From the NCBI GenBank assembly GCA_963713865.1, contig OY970208.1:992001-1056000 (forward strand): a stretch of DNA of 64,000 nt, in the 5' to 3' direction. The position numbers and the translations under genes are program-made. The stretch is from an uncultured candidate division Zixibacteria bacterium. Lineage in GTDB: Bacteria > Zixibacteria > MSB-5A5 > RBG-16-43-9. The notes below the pieces were generated by a model, which saw only the letters and a program-made list of their open reading frames with translations, had not been told where the DNA came from and ran no database searches. Positions 21,480 to 32,600 of the stretch are shown here, piece after piece (position 1 is the first letter of the stretch; each line of letters starts with the position of its first letter).

Positions 21480-22115
21480 ATGTCTCTATTTGCGATACTG
21501 CAACTGTGCGTGGCAGCTTCGATGCTATTTTGCGTCGTCATGCTGACGGTGATGCTTATGCACACTTTCGCATTTGGCCGGAGATCGACATACGCCCAGC
21601 CACGTGGCAGCAGCTTTAGGGGAATTGTATATGCTTTCGGATTGGGCATGCTGCCTTGGGAGAAAGAAAGTGCTGCCAAACACATTTGGACTTATATTGG
21701 CGGTATCCTATATCACCTTGGCATACTGATGGCAATGCTTTTATTGGCAACGGTATTATTGGGAATTTCGTTTCCCCAGAGGTTGTTGCAGCCGGTACGG
21801 ATATTGTTGGCTATTGGCGTAGTCTGTGGACTGTCACTGCTTATTAAGAGAATACTTAAGCCACACATGAGATCCTTAAGCAGCGGTGATGACTATCTGG
21901 CCAATTCTCTTGTCGACCTTCTTTTGTTATCAGCTCTGGTATCTACTTTCGCAGAAGCCATGCTGGCTCCGTTTCTCGCTATTGCCATCGGTATCTTTCT
22001 TTATATTCCTTTTGGGAAACTTCGCCACTGCGTTTACTTCTTTTATTCCCGAGTTCTATTCGGTACCTTCTTTGGCAAAAGAGGTGTAGTTCCTCATCCC
22101 TCAAGGAAGGCTTAG
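21480..22115 (+). CDS. NarI/DsrM/TmcC-like membrane cytochrome b subunit
   Basis: Several TM helices; YHLG; R.LSS.DDY; YIPFGKLRH motif. Confidence 0.75.
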   Translation: MSLFAILQLCVAASMLFCVVMLTVMLMHTFAFGRRSTYAQPRGSSFRGIVYAFGLGMLPWEKESAAKHIWTYIGGILYHLGILMAMLLLATVLLGISFPQRLLQPVRILLAIGVVCGLSLLIKRILKPHMRSLSSGDDYLANSLVDLLLLSALVSTFAEAMLAPFLAIAIGIFLYIPFGKLRHCVYFFYSRVLFGTFFGKRGVVPHPSRKA

Positions 22116-22118
22116 TAT

Positions 22119-23489
22119 ATGGCATCCGAAAAAGATATAGAAGATCCTTATTTGAAGCGTATCCGACATCTGAACTCCGGCCAGCTGGAATCGGCTTTGT
22201 CATCTTTCCAACGATTGCTTGACCACGAGACAGTTGCCAACCTGCACTCATGCGTCAATTGCGGTCTTTGCGCCGAAACCTGCCACTATTTTCAAGTCAC
22301 CCGGGAGGTTGAAGCTATCCCTGCCTACAAGCTTAAGCTCGTTATATCAGTATTCAGAAAGCTCCTGACCGTGCTGGGCGGATTGGCAGAAAAGTCTCAA
22401 GCTGAAGGTGTTTTAGATAGCCAAACCGTCGAGCAATGGATCGATTCGCTTTTCGGGCGTTGCACACTGTGTGGACGCTGCACCCTCAACTGCACCATGG
22501 GCATCAACATAACACGAATAATCCGAATGGCCAGAAGTACCCTGGCTTCCATTGACCTGGTTCCACCCGAACTGCAGTCAACCGTGACCACCGCGGTGGA
22601 AAAAGGTAATAACATGGGAATTCCCCGGAAGGATTGGCTCGACACGCTCCAGTGGTTGAGCGAAGAGCTGCAGATGGAGGTTGGTGATCCACAGGCGCAT
22701 CTGCCGGTGGATAAGCCGGGTATGAAGCTTCTGTACACAGTCAATCCGCGCGAACCGAAATTTTTCCCATTGTCTCTTCTAGCCATCGCTAAGATATTCT
22801 ATGTGGCAGGAGAAAGTTGGACCGTATCCAGCGATTTCTATGACGTCACCAATTATGGCCTTTACAGCGGGAATAACGATGAAGCGGGTTTGCTTTCATC
22901 ACGTTTGCGAGAATCAATGGTCAAGTTGGGAGCAAAAACGTTGGTCCTGGGCGAATGTGGTCATGGGTATAATTCCAATCGCTGGGAAGCGCCTGAGTGG
23001 ATAGCTGCCGAGGACAAATTCAAGAGCAAAAGCGTCATTCAAATCATCGCCGATTATATCCACCAGGGACGCATCAAACTGGACCCTTCGCGCAATAAGA
23101 AATTGGTGACGCTGCATGATCCCTGCAACCTGGTACGCCTAGGGGGCATCATTGAAGAACAACGCTACATTCTCAAAAACGCGGTCACCAACTTCGTGGA
23201 GATGCATCCCAATCGCGAAAAGAATTATTGTTGTGGTGGCGGTGGCGGACAGTTGTCAATGACACGCTATGCCAAGAGACGACTGGAGACAGGCAAAATC
23301 AAAGCAGATCAAATCCGTAAAACCGGGGCCCAGATCGTAGTTGCTCCCTGTCACAATTGTATTGACCAGTTAAGTGAGCTTAACCGCGAATATAGGCTGG
23401 GAGTAGAGGTCAAGACCGTATCCGAGATCGTCGCCGATGCCCTAGTAATTAAAAAGACGGATAAACAAGATCAGAAAAGCCAGTCTTGA
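22119..23489 (+). CDS. DsrK/TmcB/HdrD-like (Fe-S)-binding protein with CCG domain
   Basis: CVNCGLCAETC and CTLCGRCTLNC ferredoxin motifs; ECGHG; HDPCN; CCGGGGG; PCHNC. Confidence 0.85.
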   Translation: MASEKDIEDPYLKRIRHLNSGQLESALSSFQRLLDHETVANLHSCVNCGLCAETCHYFQVTREVEAIPAYKLKLVISVFRKLLTVLGGLAEKSQAEGVLDSQTVEQWIDSLFGRCTLCGRCTLNCTMGINITRIIRMARSTLASIDLVPPELQSTVTTAVEKGNNMGIPRKDWLDTLQWLSEELQMEVGDPQAHLPVDKPGMKLLYTVNPREPKFFPLSLLAIAKIFYVAGESWTVSSDFYDVTNYGLYSGNNDEAGLLSSRLRESMVKLGAKTLVLGECGHGYNSNRWEAPEWIAAEDKFKSKSVIQIIADYIHQGRIKLDPSRNKKLVTLHDPCNLVRLGGIIEEQRYILKNAVTNFVEMHPNREKNYCCGGGGGQLSMTRYAKRRLETGKIKADQIRKTGAQIVVAPCHNCIDQLSELNREYRLGVEVKTVSEIVADALVIKKTDKQDQKSQS

Positions 23490-23510
23490 AATTGGGTATA
23501 GCTACTCCAG

Positions 23511-24710
23511 TTAAGAGGATTTTTGTTTTTGGCGAATGCGAGTTATATCCCCCACAGCTCTAAGGGCAGATTCGACGTCTTCGATCGTGTTAAAGGGGCC
23601 TATCCCGAATCGTACCGACCCATGAATCCTATCAGTACCGAGCTGCTTATGCACTAAGGGAGCGCAGTGCAAACCGGTGCGGCTGGCAATATTGTAATCA
23701 ACATCCAGCATGGTACCTGTGTCCTGTGCCTCCAGCCCATCCACATTGAATGTGAGGATACCGATATGATTAGCAAGATTGTCTTGACAGTATAGAGTCA
23801 CACCGTCGATTTCCTGGAGACCGTCTCGCAACATACGGAGTAGCTGCATTTCGCGTTCATGGATGTTTGACATTCCTTGCTTAAGCAACCATTTGACGCC
23901 GGCATTCAATCCTGCTATTCCCGGCAGGTTTGGGGTGCCATACTCGAGTCGGTATGGGTATTCGTCCAGATGAGTGCGGACGGCCGAACGCACGCCCGTG
24001 CCGCCGGCGCGGGTGTGCCGGATCTCAATTCCTTCGCGGACATAAAGCCCTCCGATGCCCATTGGTCCCATGAGAGATTTATGACCAGTGAAAGCCAAAA
24101 CGTCGATATTCAACTTTTCCATATCCACCGGAATCTTGCCAGCTGACTGGGCGGTATCGATCAATAGAGTAATGCCACGTTCCCGGCAGAGCTTGCCGAT
24201 TTCTCCAACCGGCTGGACGGTGCCAATGACATTCGAGGCGTGATTGATTGCGACCAGTTTGGTGTTCTTCTTGAAGCGCCGGGCGAATTCGTCCGGGTCC
24301 ACGAATCCTTGACCGTCAAACGGAACATGATCGACATCGACGCCCCCATACTGGTGAAGATGGAATAGCGGTCGAATGACCGAATTGTGTTCTACATTAG
24401 AGGTGATGGCATGATCGCCTTCCTTAAGCAAACCAAAGATTGCCAAATTCAAAGCATCTGTGGCGTTGTAGCTGAAGATCAGACGATTGGGATCGGTTCC
24501 ACCATTGAAGAACTCGGTGAGAAGCTTGCGGGTTTCCTCGACCATGGACCCCGCCACCATGCAGAGATCGTATCCTGACCGACCTGGGTTGACTCCGTAG
24601 ATACGATAAAATTGATCCATTGCCACATAAACTTCTTCAGGTTTTGGAAAAGTAGTTGCTCCACTATCAAGATAGATGAGTTTCTCCATAGTCATCTGTT
24701 GTTTTGCCAC
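23511..24710 (-). CDS. Cysteine desulfurase family (class V PLP) protein
   Basis: IYLDSGATTFPKP, EHNSV, HASNVIG, TGHKSL, RTGLHCAP. Confidence 0.93.
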   Translation of the reverse strand: MAKQQMTMEKLIYLDSGATTFPKPEEVYVAMDQFYRIYGVNPGRSGYDLCMVAGSMVEETRKLLTEFFNGGTDPNRLIFSYNATDALNLAIFGLLKEGDHAITSNVEHNSVIRPLFHLHQYGGVDVDHVPFDGQGFVDPDEFARRFKKNTKLVAINHASNVIGTVQPVGEIGKLCRERGITLLIDTAQSAGKIPVDMEKLNIDVLAFTGHKSLMGPMGIGGLYVREGIEIRHTRAGGTGVRSAVRTHLDEYPYRLEYGTPNLPGIAGLNAGVKWLLKQGMSNIHEREMQLLRMLRDGLQEIDGVTLYCQDNLANHIGILTFNVDGLEAQDTGTMLDVDYNIASRTGLHCAPLVHKQLGTDRIHGSVRFGIGPFNTIEDVESALRAVGDITRIRQKQKSS

Positions 24711-24757
24711 TTAGCTAAGCAGGCAGCTTTTTCTAATATTTTTTTACTTAAATTCAT

Positions 24758-25000
24758 TTATATATTTTTCTCCACTGGTACAGCGATACTAGTAAACAAA
24801 TTATTAGTATCCAGATACTTATTTGCCACCCTTTGAACATCCTCTTTAGTTATCATGCCAGTCCCGTCAATATAGATGTCGAAATCGTCCATGAGGAGAG
24901 TATAAAATACCTGATCTTTGATAATGCTGGCAACAGCTGAGGGGATAACCCAGCCATTATTACTAAAGGCGCAAAAATTTTCATAATCTCTTATAATTCA
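24758..25000 (-). pseudogene. Probable remnant of an M16 peptidase C-terminus
   Basis: Minus frame reads ...MDDFDIYIDGTGMITKEDVQRVANKYLDTNNLFTSIAVPVEKNI*, resembling the insulinase-family tail; no intact start. Confidence 0.45.
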
Positions 25001-25015
25001 CATCTTGACTCTCCC

Positions 25016-25054
25016 TAAAAAAAGGTAACATAATCACATTTGATAATGTTACCC
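25016..25054 (-). terminator. Intrinsic terminator (minus strand)
   Basis: gggtaacat-loop-atgttacc followed by T7 on the minus strand. Confidence 0.55.
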
Positions 25055-25150
25055 TCAGAAGACCTCTATCTCGATACAACAGCCGCAGATGGTACCACAG
25101 CTGTTGCTACTACAGATACATTTAATACCCTGATAGAAGCCTTGTCTCAT
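25055..25150 (-). CDS. Possible 31-aa Cys-rich peptide
   Basis: MRQGFYQGIKCICSSNSCGTICGCCIEIEVF*; weak RBS; upstream promoter TTGACG-N16-TATAAT at about 25259-25286. Confidence 0.3.
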   Translation of the reverse strand: MRQGFYQGIKCICSSNSCGTICGCCIEIEVF

Positions 25151-25350
25151 CTTTAACTTTTTCTGTCCTTCCCTGCTTGTGCACCTAAAAAAATCAAAGA
25201 GAAAATTTGTTATTTTTTTCACAAAGAGGTTCAAAATAAAATGCGCCTCTCATTTAATATTATACAATCTTTTGAAATTTCGTCAAGGGAAATATTTTTA
25301 CACTTTTTTTCTTAGAGAAGCTAAAAAAGACCTTCACTTTTATTTGAGAC

Positions 25351-26101
25351 TTATTTTGCTTCAAATACTCCATCTAATTCCATATAAGCGGTATGCATTT
25401 TATCCAGCTTTTCCTCTATCTTCTTGTTATCCTTTTTATTGCAGGCTTTTACCAGTTCATCCACTGAGTCTTTTAAGGCTTTCCTCTTTTCGATAAACTG
25501 AGGGACATTTTCTTTAAACTTTTCAGGAAAATCAACTTTCATAAGGGTATCCATTTTTTCCTGAAGAGTTGGAGCACAAGCAATAATGGCTTTGAAATCT
25601 TTCTTGGGTAAGGCTTCATGCCAGAGAGGATATAATACCAGGTGAAAGTTTTCTAATTCTTTAACTCTGGGAGCGAAAACCCGCACAAGCTGCTCATAAG
25701 CAGTATGTAGATTTTCAGTTGCATTTAATAAAGCTTCATTATCATTTCCCTTCGCTTTTTCATCTAACTCCTTGACAGCTATAGATAAAGCTTCTCTTTT
25801 CTTTTCGAAATCCTCTTTCTTCTCTCTGAAAAATCCTGGAAGCTCAGCCTTGTTGACTACCTCCATCTTTTCCTTGAAAGCTGGAACTGCATCCCGAATA
25901 GCCTGATAATCTTTATCCGGATAAGCCGTATGCCAGAACAGATGCGAGAATATCATGAAACTCTTTTAATCCTTCGAGTCTGGGTTTACTCATCTCCATA
26001 GTCTTTTGGGGATCTGTCTGTGTCTGGGCTAAAATGGAAGAGAAGATGAAAACCGTGAACAATATGGATATTAGAATCGTGAATTTCTTATTGAAATTCA
26101 T
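25351..26101 (-). CDS. Secreted helical protein with duplicated FH..L..xWH motif (+1 frameshift at about 25937)
   Basis: GAGGAGG RBS and signal peptide in 25913-26101, joining 25351-25956 as EFHDILASVWHTAYP. Second repeat is NFHLVLYPLWHEALP. Confidence 0.7.
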
Positions 26102-26320
26102 TTCAACCTCCTCATATAAATTTATTAATTACCCTTATCTCTATGAATCGTATCCGACTAAAGCGAACTATCAACTTTCTGGATTTCGGTTCAGTTTTTT
26201 AGCTCAATTTCCATATCCTTGAACAAATTCTCCTTATCTTGATTGTTAAATTTTACGAACCTTCCATCAAATAATTTGTGGAAGTTTTTTTACTGTTTGT
26301 TTAAAAATAGATTCTTAAAT

Positions 26321-26929
26321 TTAGGATTTTGGGATACAGGGAGGGGGACCTGATTTAAAGAAATAATTGATCAAATAGTATAAATCAGTTAGGGAGGTTT
26401 TACTATCACAGTTTAAATCTCCAGCCTGCAAGGGTGTAGGTGGGGGTCCACCTTTGAAAAGATAGTTAACCACATAGACTAAATCACTCATATTTAAAAG
26501 GCTGTCTCCATTGGAATCTCCAGGAATCAATAGCTTAGAATCAAGCAGCAGGAAAAATCTAAAAGGCGAAGACCAGGCTGAAATCTTACCTGTGCAGGCA
26601 TCTTTATGCCTTCCCTTCCAGTAAAAGCTTCCCTGAATTAAAGGAACATTGACTGAATAGGTGAAATAAACATTAGATTGACATTTAAGCCACTCACTCT
26701 GATGTATGATGTTTTTGAAGTCTCTATCACGGGATACCTGTATCTGGATTAAAAGGGTATCGCATTGAATATAATTCGCAGTTTTAAATTTTAAATCCAT
26801 TTTTATGGTAGAGGTTTGAGCCACTAAATTGGAATTGAGGAGAAAAATTAGAAAAAAGAGAAAAGAAAGGATTTTAGGTAAATTATTCAAAAGGCGGGAA
26901 TTAAATCCTTTTAAAAGAATAGACGACAT
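26321..26929 (-). CDS. Small secreted FN3-like + dockerin-like protein
   Basis: Hydrophobic N-terminus; IQIQVS..DF...FYWKGR..SAWS; GDSNGDSLLNMSDLVYVVNYLFKGGPPP..GDLNCD. Confidence 0.8.
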   Translation of the reverse strand: MSSILLKGFNSRLLNNLPKILSFLFFLIFLLNSNLVAQTSTIKMDLKFKTANYIQCDTLLIQIQVSRDRDFKNIIHQSEWLKCQSNVYFTYSVNVPLIQGSFYWKGRHKDACTGKISAWSSPFRFFLLLDSKLLIPGDSNGDSLLNMSDLVYVVNYLFKGGPPPTPLQAGDLNCDSKTSLTDLYYLINYFFKSGPPPCIPKS

Positions 26930-27228
26930 TCCTGTCCCTATAAGAATATAAAGATTAGTTATTTACTGGGAAACAGCCAGAGGAGCTTTCTAATAAACTA
27001 TAGTCCAGGTTGACTGCATCCTCTTAATAATATCAGGTGCTCAGAATCCCCACTCCCCCAGTGGGATTTAATTAATGAGCAAAAAATTCGCTATATTATA
27101 ACTATTTTCTCTGATTTGTCAAGACCCCTTTGGAAAATTTTTTAAAAAAATTATAATCTCTTTAAAGTAATTGATTTATAAGAAGGTAGATATTAAATTA
27201 TACTCGTTTTTCGTATAATAGATAACCA

Positions 27229-28260
27229 ATGAATAAGAAAAAAGAGATTTTACTCATAGGACTGAGCGTAATTATACTCTCGCTTCTTCATTATATTACC
27301 CCAGTTGATAAACCTCTTCTGCATGACCTGTATAGAAGGCTCTATTATGTTCCGATTATCTTTTCTGCCTTTAGCTTCGGTTTAACAGGAGCTTTAGTCA
27401 CTTCAATGATAGTCAGCCTGGTTTTTTTACCACACGTTTTTCACCGCTGGGGACATATCCACCTTCAGACCTATGATGCCTTGTTTGAGATTATACTTTA
27501 CAATATAGTTGCCTGGGTCTCTGGAACTCTGGTTGAAAAAGAAAGGAAAAGAAGGTTTGAGTTAAAAAGGGTTCAGGAAGAACTTATTCAGGCTAATAAG
27601 TATAAGGTAATAGGAGAGTTAGCGGCTGGCATAGCTCACGAAATCAGAAACCCCCTGGGCTCTATTCAGGGATCTATAGAAATCCTGCGCAAAGATTACA
27701 GGCCAGAGGATTCGAAATATGAATTTTTAAACATATTATTAAAAGAGGTTCAAAGATTAAATAAAGTGATAACCGATTTTTTAAATTATGCTAAACCTGC
27801 TCTACCTAATCTCATAGATATTGAGATCGATCAGCTCATTGGCGAGACAGTTTTAATCCTCTCTCCCCAGGCAGTTAAAAAAGGGGTTAGTTTGAAAACA
27901 GAATGGGGGAAAAATCTCCCCAGAATAAAAGCGGATCCTTCCCAGTTAAAGCAGGCTTTTATCAATTTAATCTTGAATTCATTGGAGTCAATAGAAGATA
28001 AAGGGGAGATTACGATATCTGCTCATCAGGATAAAAACGGGCTAAAGATAGTTTTTCAGGACAATGGCAAAGGTATGTCTGAGGAGACTAAAAATAAAAT
28101 CTTTACTCCTTTTTTTAGCACCAAAGAAGGAGGGATAGGGTTGGGCTTAGGGATTGTGGAAAGAATTATCCAGAACCATAAAGGAGAGATAAGAGTAGAA
28201 AGCAAGTTAGGAAAGGGAGCAACCTTCACCTTAAGCTTTCCGATTACAGGGATACAATGA
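27229..28260 (+). CDS. Membrane sensor histidine kinase with His-rich TM input
   Basis: AHEIRNPL H-box; NLILNS, DNGKGM, FFSTK, GIGLGL boxes. Confidence 0.93.
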   Translation: MNKKKEILLIGLSVIILSLLHYITPVDKPLLHDLYRRLYYVPIIFSAFSFGLTGALVTSMIVSLVFLPHVFHRWGHIHLQTYDALFEIILYNIVAWVSGTLVEKERKRRFELKRVQEELIQANKYKVIGELAAGIAHEIRNPLGSIQGSIEILRKDYRPEDSKYEFLNILLKEVQRLNKVITDFLNYAKPALPNLIDIEIDQLIGETVLILSPQAVKKGVSLKTEWGKNLPRIKADPSQLKQAFINLILNSLESIEDKGEITISAHQDKNGLKIVFQDNGKGMSEETKNKIFTPFFSTKEGGIGLGLGIVERIIQNHKGEIRVESKLGKGATFTLSFPITGIQ

Positions 28261-29607
28261 AGAAAAGAAAAATAGTAATTGCTGAGGATGATTTAAGCCT
28301 TTCCCGGATTATGGAATATAGTTTAAAAGATGAAGGCTTTGAAGTTAATGTTTTTTCAAATGGGAAAGAAGCGCTATCTTTTCTTCAAGAAAAGAATGTG
28401 GATTTGATCATCTCTGATTTAACCATGCCAGAGATGGGCGGGATGGAACTCTTAAAAGAGGTTCAGAAGATTAAGCTCGAGAGTCCTTTCATTATAATCA
28501 CCGCCTTTGGAACAATCAATAGTGCAGTGGAAGCTATGAAAGCAGGTGCATACGATTATATCACCAAACCTTTTAGCCAGGAAGAGTTGGTCTTAGTTGT
28601 TAAAAAGGCTCTGGAGCTCAAATCGCTTAAAGAGGAGAATATTAATTTAAAGAGTCAGTTAGTTGAAAAATATAAATTCGAGAATTTCGTTGGTAAAAGC
28701 CCAAAGATGGAGAAAGTTTTTGAGCTTATCTCCAGAGTAGCTGGCACAACTTCTAATATACTTATCTTAGGTGAAAGCGGAACTGGAAAGGAATTAGTTG
28801 CTAAGGCAATTCATTATCATAGCCCCAGAAAGGAAGGTCCTTTTGTAGCAGTCCAGTGTGCAGCTATCCCTTCTGCCCTTTTAGAAAGTGAGCTTTTCGG
28901 GCATGTAAAAGGTTCTTTTACTGGAGCGATTAAAGACCGGGAAGGGAAATTCGAACTGGCAGATGAGGGGACCTTGTTTCTGGATGAGATCGCAGAGATG
29001 TCTCCGGAGATGCAGGCGAAACTTTTAAGGGCTATTCAGGAAAGGGAGATAGAAAGAGTGGGCGGAAGCTCGCCTGTAAAAATTGACGTGCGGATCATTG
29101 CGGCTACTAACCAGGATTTGGAAAGATTAGTAAAGGAGAAGAAATTCAGAGAAGACCTTTATTACCGGCTGAACGTCATCTCGATTACTCTTCCTCCCTT
29201 AAGGGAAAGGAAAGAGGATATCCCGATTTTGATCGAGCATTTTCTTAAGAAATTCGGGGACAAGGATTGCTCAATTGAGGATGAGGCTATGAAAGTTTTG
29301 ATGAGCTACTCCTGGCACGGGAATGTGAGGGAATTGGAGAATACTATTGAAAGAGCTTTAGTTTTAAAGAAGGACAATATAATAAAGAAAGAGAACCTGC
29401 CGGAAAGGTTATGGAAAGGGGAGGAAAGGGTTGGAAGGGTGGTTATGGATTTGCCAGAGGAAGGAATTGACTTAGAAGAAGTGGAAAAAGAGCTTATTAA
29501 AATCGCCTTGGAAAAAGCAAAAGGAAACCAGAACCCAGGCAGCGAAATATCTCGGTATCTCCAAACCGACTTTGTTATACAGGATGGAGAAGTATAAGTT
29601 GGGATAG
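28257..29607 (+). CDS. sigma54-dependent NtrC-family response regulator (+1 frameshift at about 29532 in the HTH)
   Basis: Receiver domain; [23 protein letters not shown]. Removing one A from CCAGAAC restores the Fis-type [30 protein letters not shown]. Confidence 0.92.
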
Positions 29608-29610
29608 TTT

Positions 29611-29674
29611 GTAACGGATGGCTTCAGCCTTCCATTTTGTTTTCAAAGAATGGAGACCTGAAGGTTACCGCCAC
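29611..29674. repeat. Paired REP-like palindromes
   Basis: gtaacggatggcttcagccttccatt...aatggagacctgaaggttaccgccac. Confidence 0.5.
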
Positions 29675-29682
29675 ATTTGTTA

Positions 29683-32600
29683 TTAGGAACAGGGTGGTGG
29701 TCCGCCTCTGAAAAGATAGTTGATTAAATATACTACGTCTGAAACAGTTACTTTGCCATCACAATTGACATCTCCTGCTTCTAAAGGATTTAGAGTTGGG
29801 CCGCCCTTGAAAAGATAGTTGATTAGATAAACTACGTCTGAAACACTCAGGTTTCCATCCCTATTAGCATCACCAACACTATATCCGAATCTTAGTGTTT
29901 TCTCAAGGAAACTAGCTATGTTACCAGAGGCATCGACAGATGAAACGAGGTAGTAATAAGTGCCAATCGTAAGGCTATCTATAGAGACGTTGTGAGAAAT
30001 CACATGAACTGTGTCCGCAACTGATTTATAGAGGCTATCCTTGACTGACCTATATAGAACTTTGCTGGTTGCAGGAAGATTGGTGCTCCAACTTACAATG
30101 GCAGAATCTCCAGAGGTCCGAGATGAAACTTGACTAATAGTAACCATGCTGCTATCGAGATTTGCCTGTGCAATAGAATCTGGCTTAACTTGGCTCTCAA
30201 AAATGCTGTCTCCGTTCAGATCGTTCAGCATAGTCCAATTGTTATTTATATCTAAATTGACACGATGGAGAGCACCTTTCTTCGTAGGTTTATCGAAATA
30301 ACTTACGTTATAAGCCCTTCCATCCGCTTTATTAGGATACAGCATGTTCAATTCAAAGACACTATCAACCAACCCTTTTACGTCGATAGTATAACCTCCA
30401 ACTAGATCGGGATCAGGTAGATATACTAACTGTTGATTAACATCGTTAAATTTATAGAATTCGGAACCAGGAATTTGGGTGTCAATTCCACCCTTGCTGT
30501 TGATTCCCGTATGCCTGCCTTGAGAATCATATACATGCAAGTTAGCTGGAGAACCTAAACCAATCGTAAGGCCATCCAGACTTACATGCCAATCTGTGAA
30601 GCTGCAAATTCTACAAGAAAAGGGGACGTTCTTGCACAATTTCCAGATACAATACTCGGAGCTTCCTGCAACAGAGAAACATTCGTTAGAACCAAAATGA
30701 AACATATTGTTCGATTGAGCTAAATGCCATCCATCAATGTGAAAATCACTAATAAATGTACCGTCTATGTCCATCCCCGTCGGCCTAAAAGCGAACTGGC
30801 CCTGAGCATTAAGTATGTGGAAGGCGTCTAGATCACAAGATGAATTGAACCCTTGGTCATCTACACGTAAAACTGCATCAGTGGCTAAGAAATCAACCCC
30901 AAGGGCTTTATAATCTTCCTTGATTTTCGCTGAAAATTCAAATGGTTCAAAGGTAACGAGTAAATCAACGGCAAAAGCGAGGCCGTCGAAATATGGGTCC
31001 CCCAGAGTAGCGCCTGCGTAGTATTTTCTATCCTTAAAATCAAGGTACAAATACCCAGTTGCTAAGTCAACATTAAATATGTTGCCTAATTTCAAACCTG
31101 TCCAGATCTGTAAATCTATTCTATTGTGAGTAGGGAAATCAATATCCATTACTGCATCAGCGCAAGTAAAATTAATATACTTGGCTAGGGTAAGGTCCAA
31201 GGTAGCATGCCCGTGAGCTTTAAAAATAGGATTTTGAAACTCATCGATCAAAGCGAAACTAGTACCTTCATCCCAGACCCCGTCTTGATCTTCATCCTCG
31301 AATGGCTCGCCTAAGTCATATCGTCCATTGCAGTTTAGGTCAGTATATGACTCTTCTCCTTTTATGGTCAAACCTAAATCGGCCAGCACTAAAGGTACCC
31401 GTTTTCCTGTCTGATCAGAGTAGATTAGCTCATACGTATTAATGCCCACTTTCTTTATACTTCGCCAGTCAATTTTACCCTTTATTAAATCCTCGTTTGC
31501 TTTATGCGTTGAATCCTGTTCGACCGCTAAAAGAGGCAATGGTAGTCCAATTGGAATGTCCTTTACTACATTCACTCTAAGATGCGCCGGGTCTATGTCT
31601 ATCATTCCCTGAGATGGTATTCCCGGTGGAGCAATTAAACCGGTCAGATCAAGACCATACGCCCCACCACTTTCTGTAAATTCAAATGCACCATCTGTAA
31701 GTCCGATTCTGAAAATCCCTGTGTTTAAGAAAACTCCTATAGTGACCCTGCCGTTCAGACAAGATAATTCTGTAAAAGGTAGAGGGCTTATCAGGTTAAT
31801 CTCGGCATCTATACCAAAAAACGGGCATCCTTCTAAGTCCCATTGTCCCTCATTAAGTCCTATCGAACCAGCGCCAAAGTAATTGTCATCAAATTTGACT
31901 GTACCTAAGAGTCTGTGACTGTTGACTTGAAGCGTATATGTACCTGAGAATGAGTTTTGAAATATGGCATCCTTGTGGTAGTGTACAGCTCCTTCAAACC
32001 TGACCTCACCTGCTTGAGCATCTACGGTCATAGACCTTAAGTCACTGACTTCATAGTCTAAACCTTTGGCAGAAAGATGCACATTGCTGTACGAGACAGT
32101 CAAAACTGTCCCTGATTGAAGGTTGAATGTGAGTGCAGCATTGTCGCCAAGGTAAATATAAGACTTCTTCTCGCCTTGATCACTTGTCTTTTGACTAAGG
32201 GTAATAAGGTTACCAATCCAAACGCTATCTTGAGCCTTGTAGTCGCCTCCACCCAGATCTAGAATTGACTTTGCACAGATGGTAATATTACCTACTGAGC
32301 GGCAGTGAGCAATAGAAGAGGATGTCAACTGAAAATCCACAGTTGTCGTCTGCCCAGCTATTAGGTTTTTTCCCATCTGGGTTTGCGTTTCATAGCCGGA
32401 CTTTGATGCTCGTAAATCATAAGTGCTAGGACACAGGTCAAATATGAAGTATTGACCGTTTATATTGGTGATATTAGCGCCTCTAACCGTTCCATTCTGC
32501 AGAGCTTCAACTAGAACGCCTTCTAAGTTCTGCTGAGTGCTTGCATCTCGGATATTCCCTGCTATCGTGCCTCTACTCCCCGGACATAGCAAGAATGGTA

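Noticed and set aside
24758-25003. ATG-TGA after an AGGGAG RBS followed by a long open frame, considered as a selenocysteine codon
   Set aside because: Sec at position 2 is implausible, I see no SECIS-like hairpin or redox motif, and the downstream frame resembles an M16 peptidase remnant.
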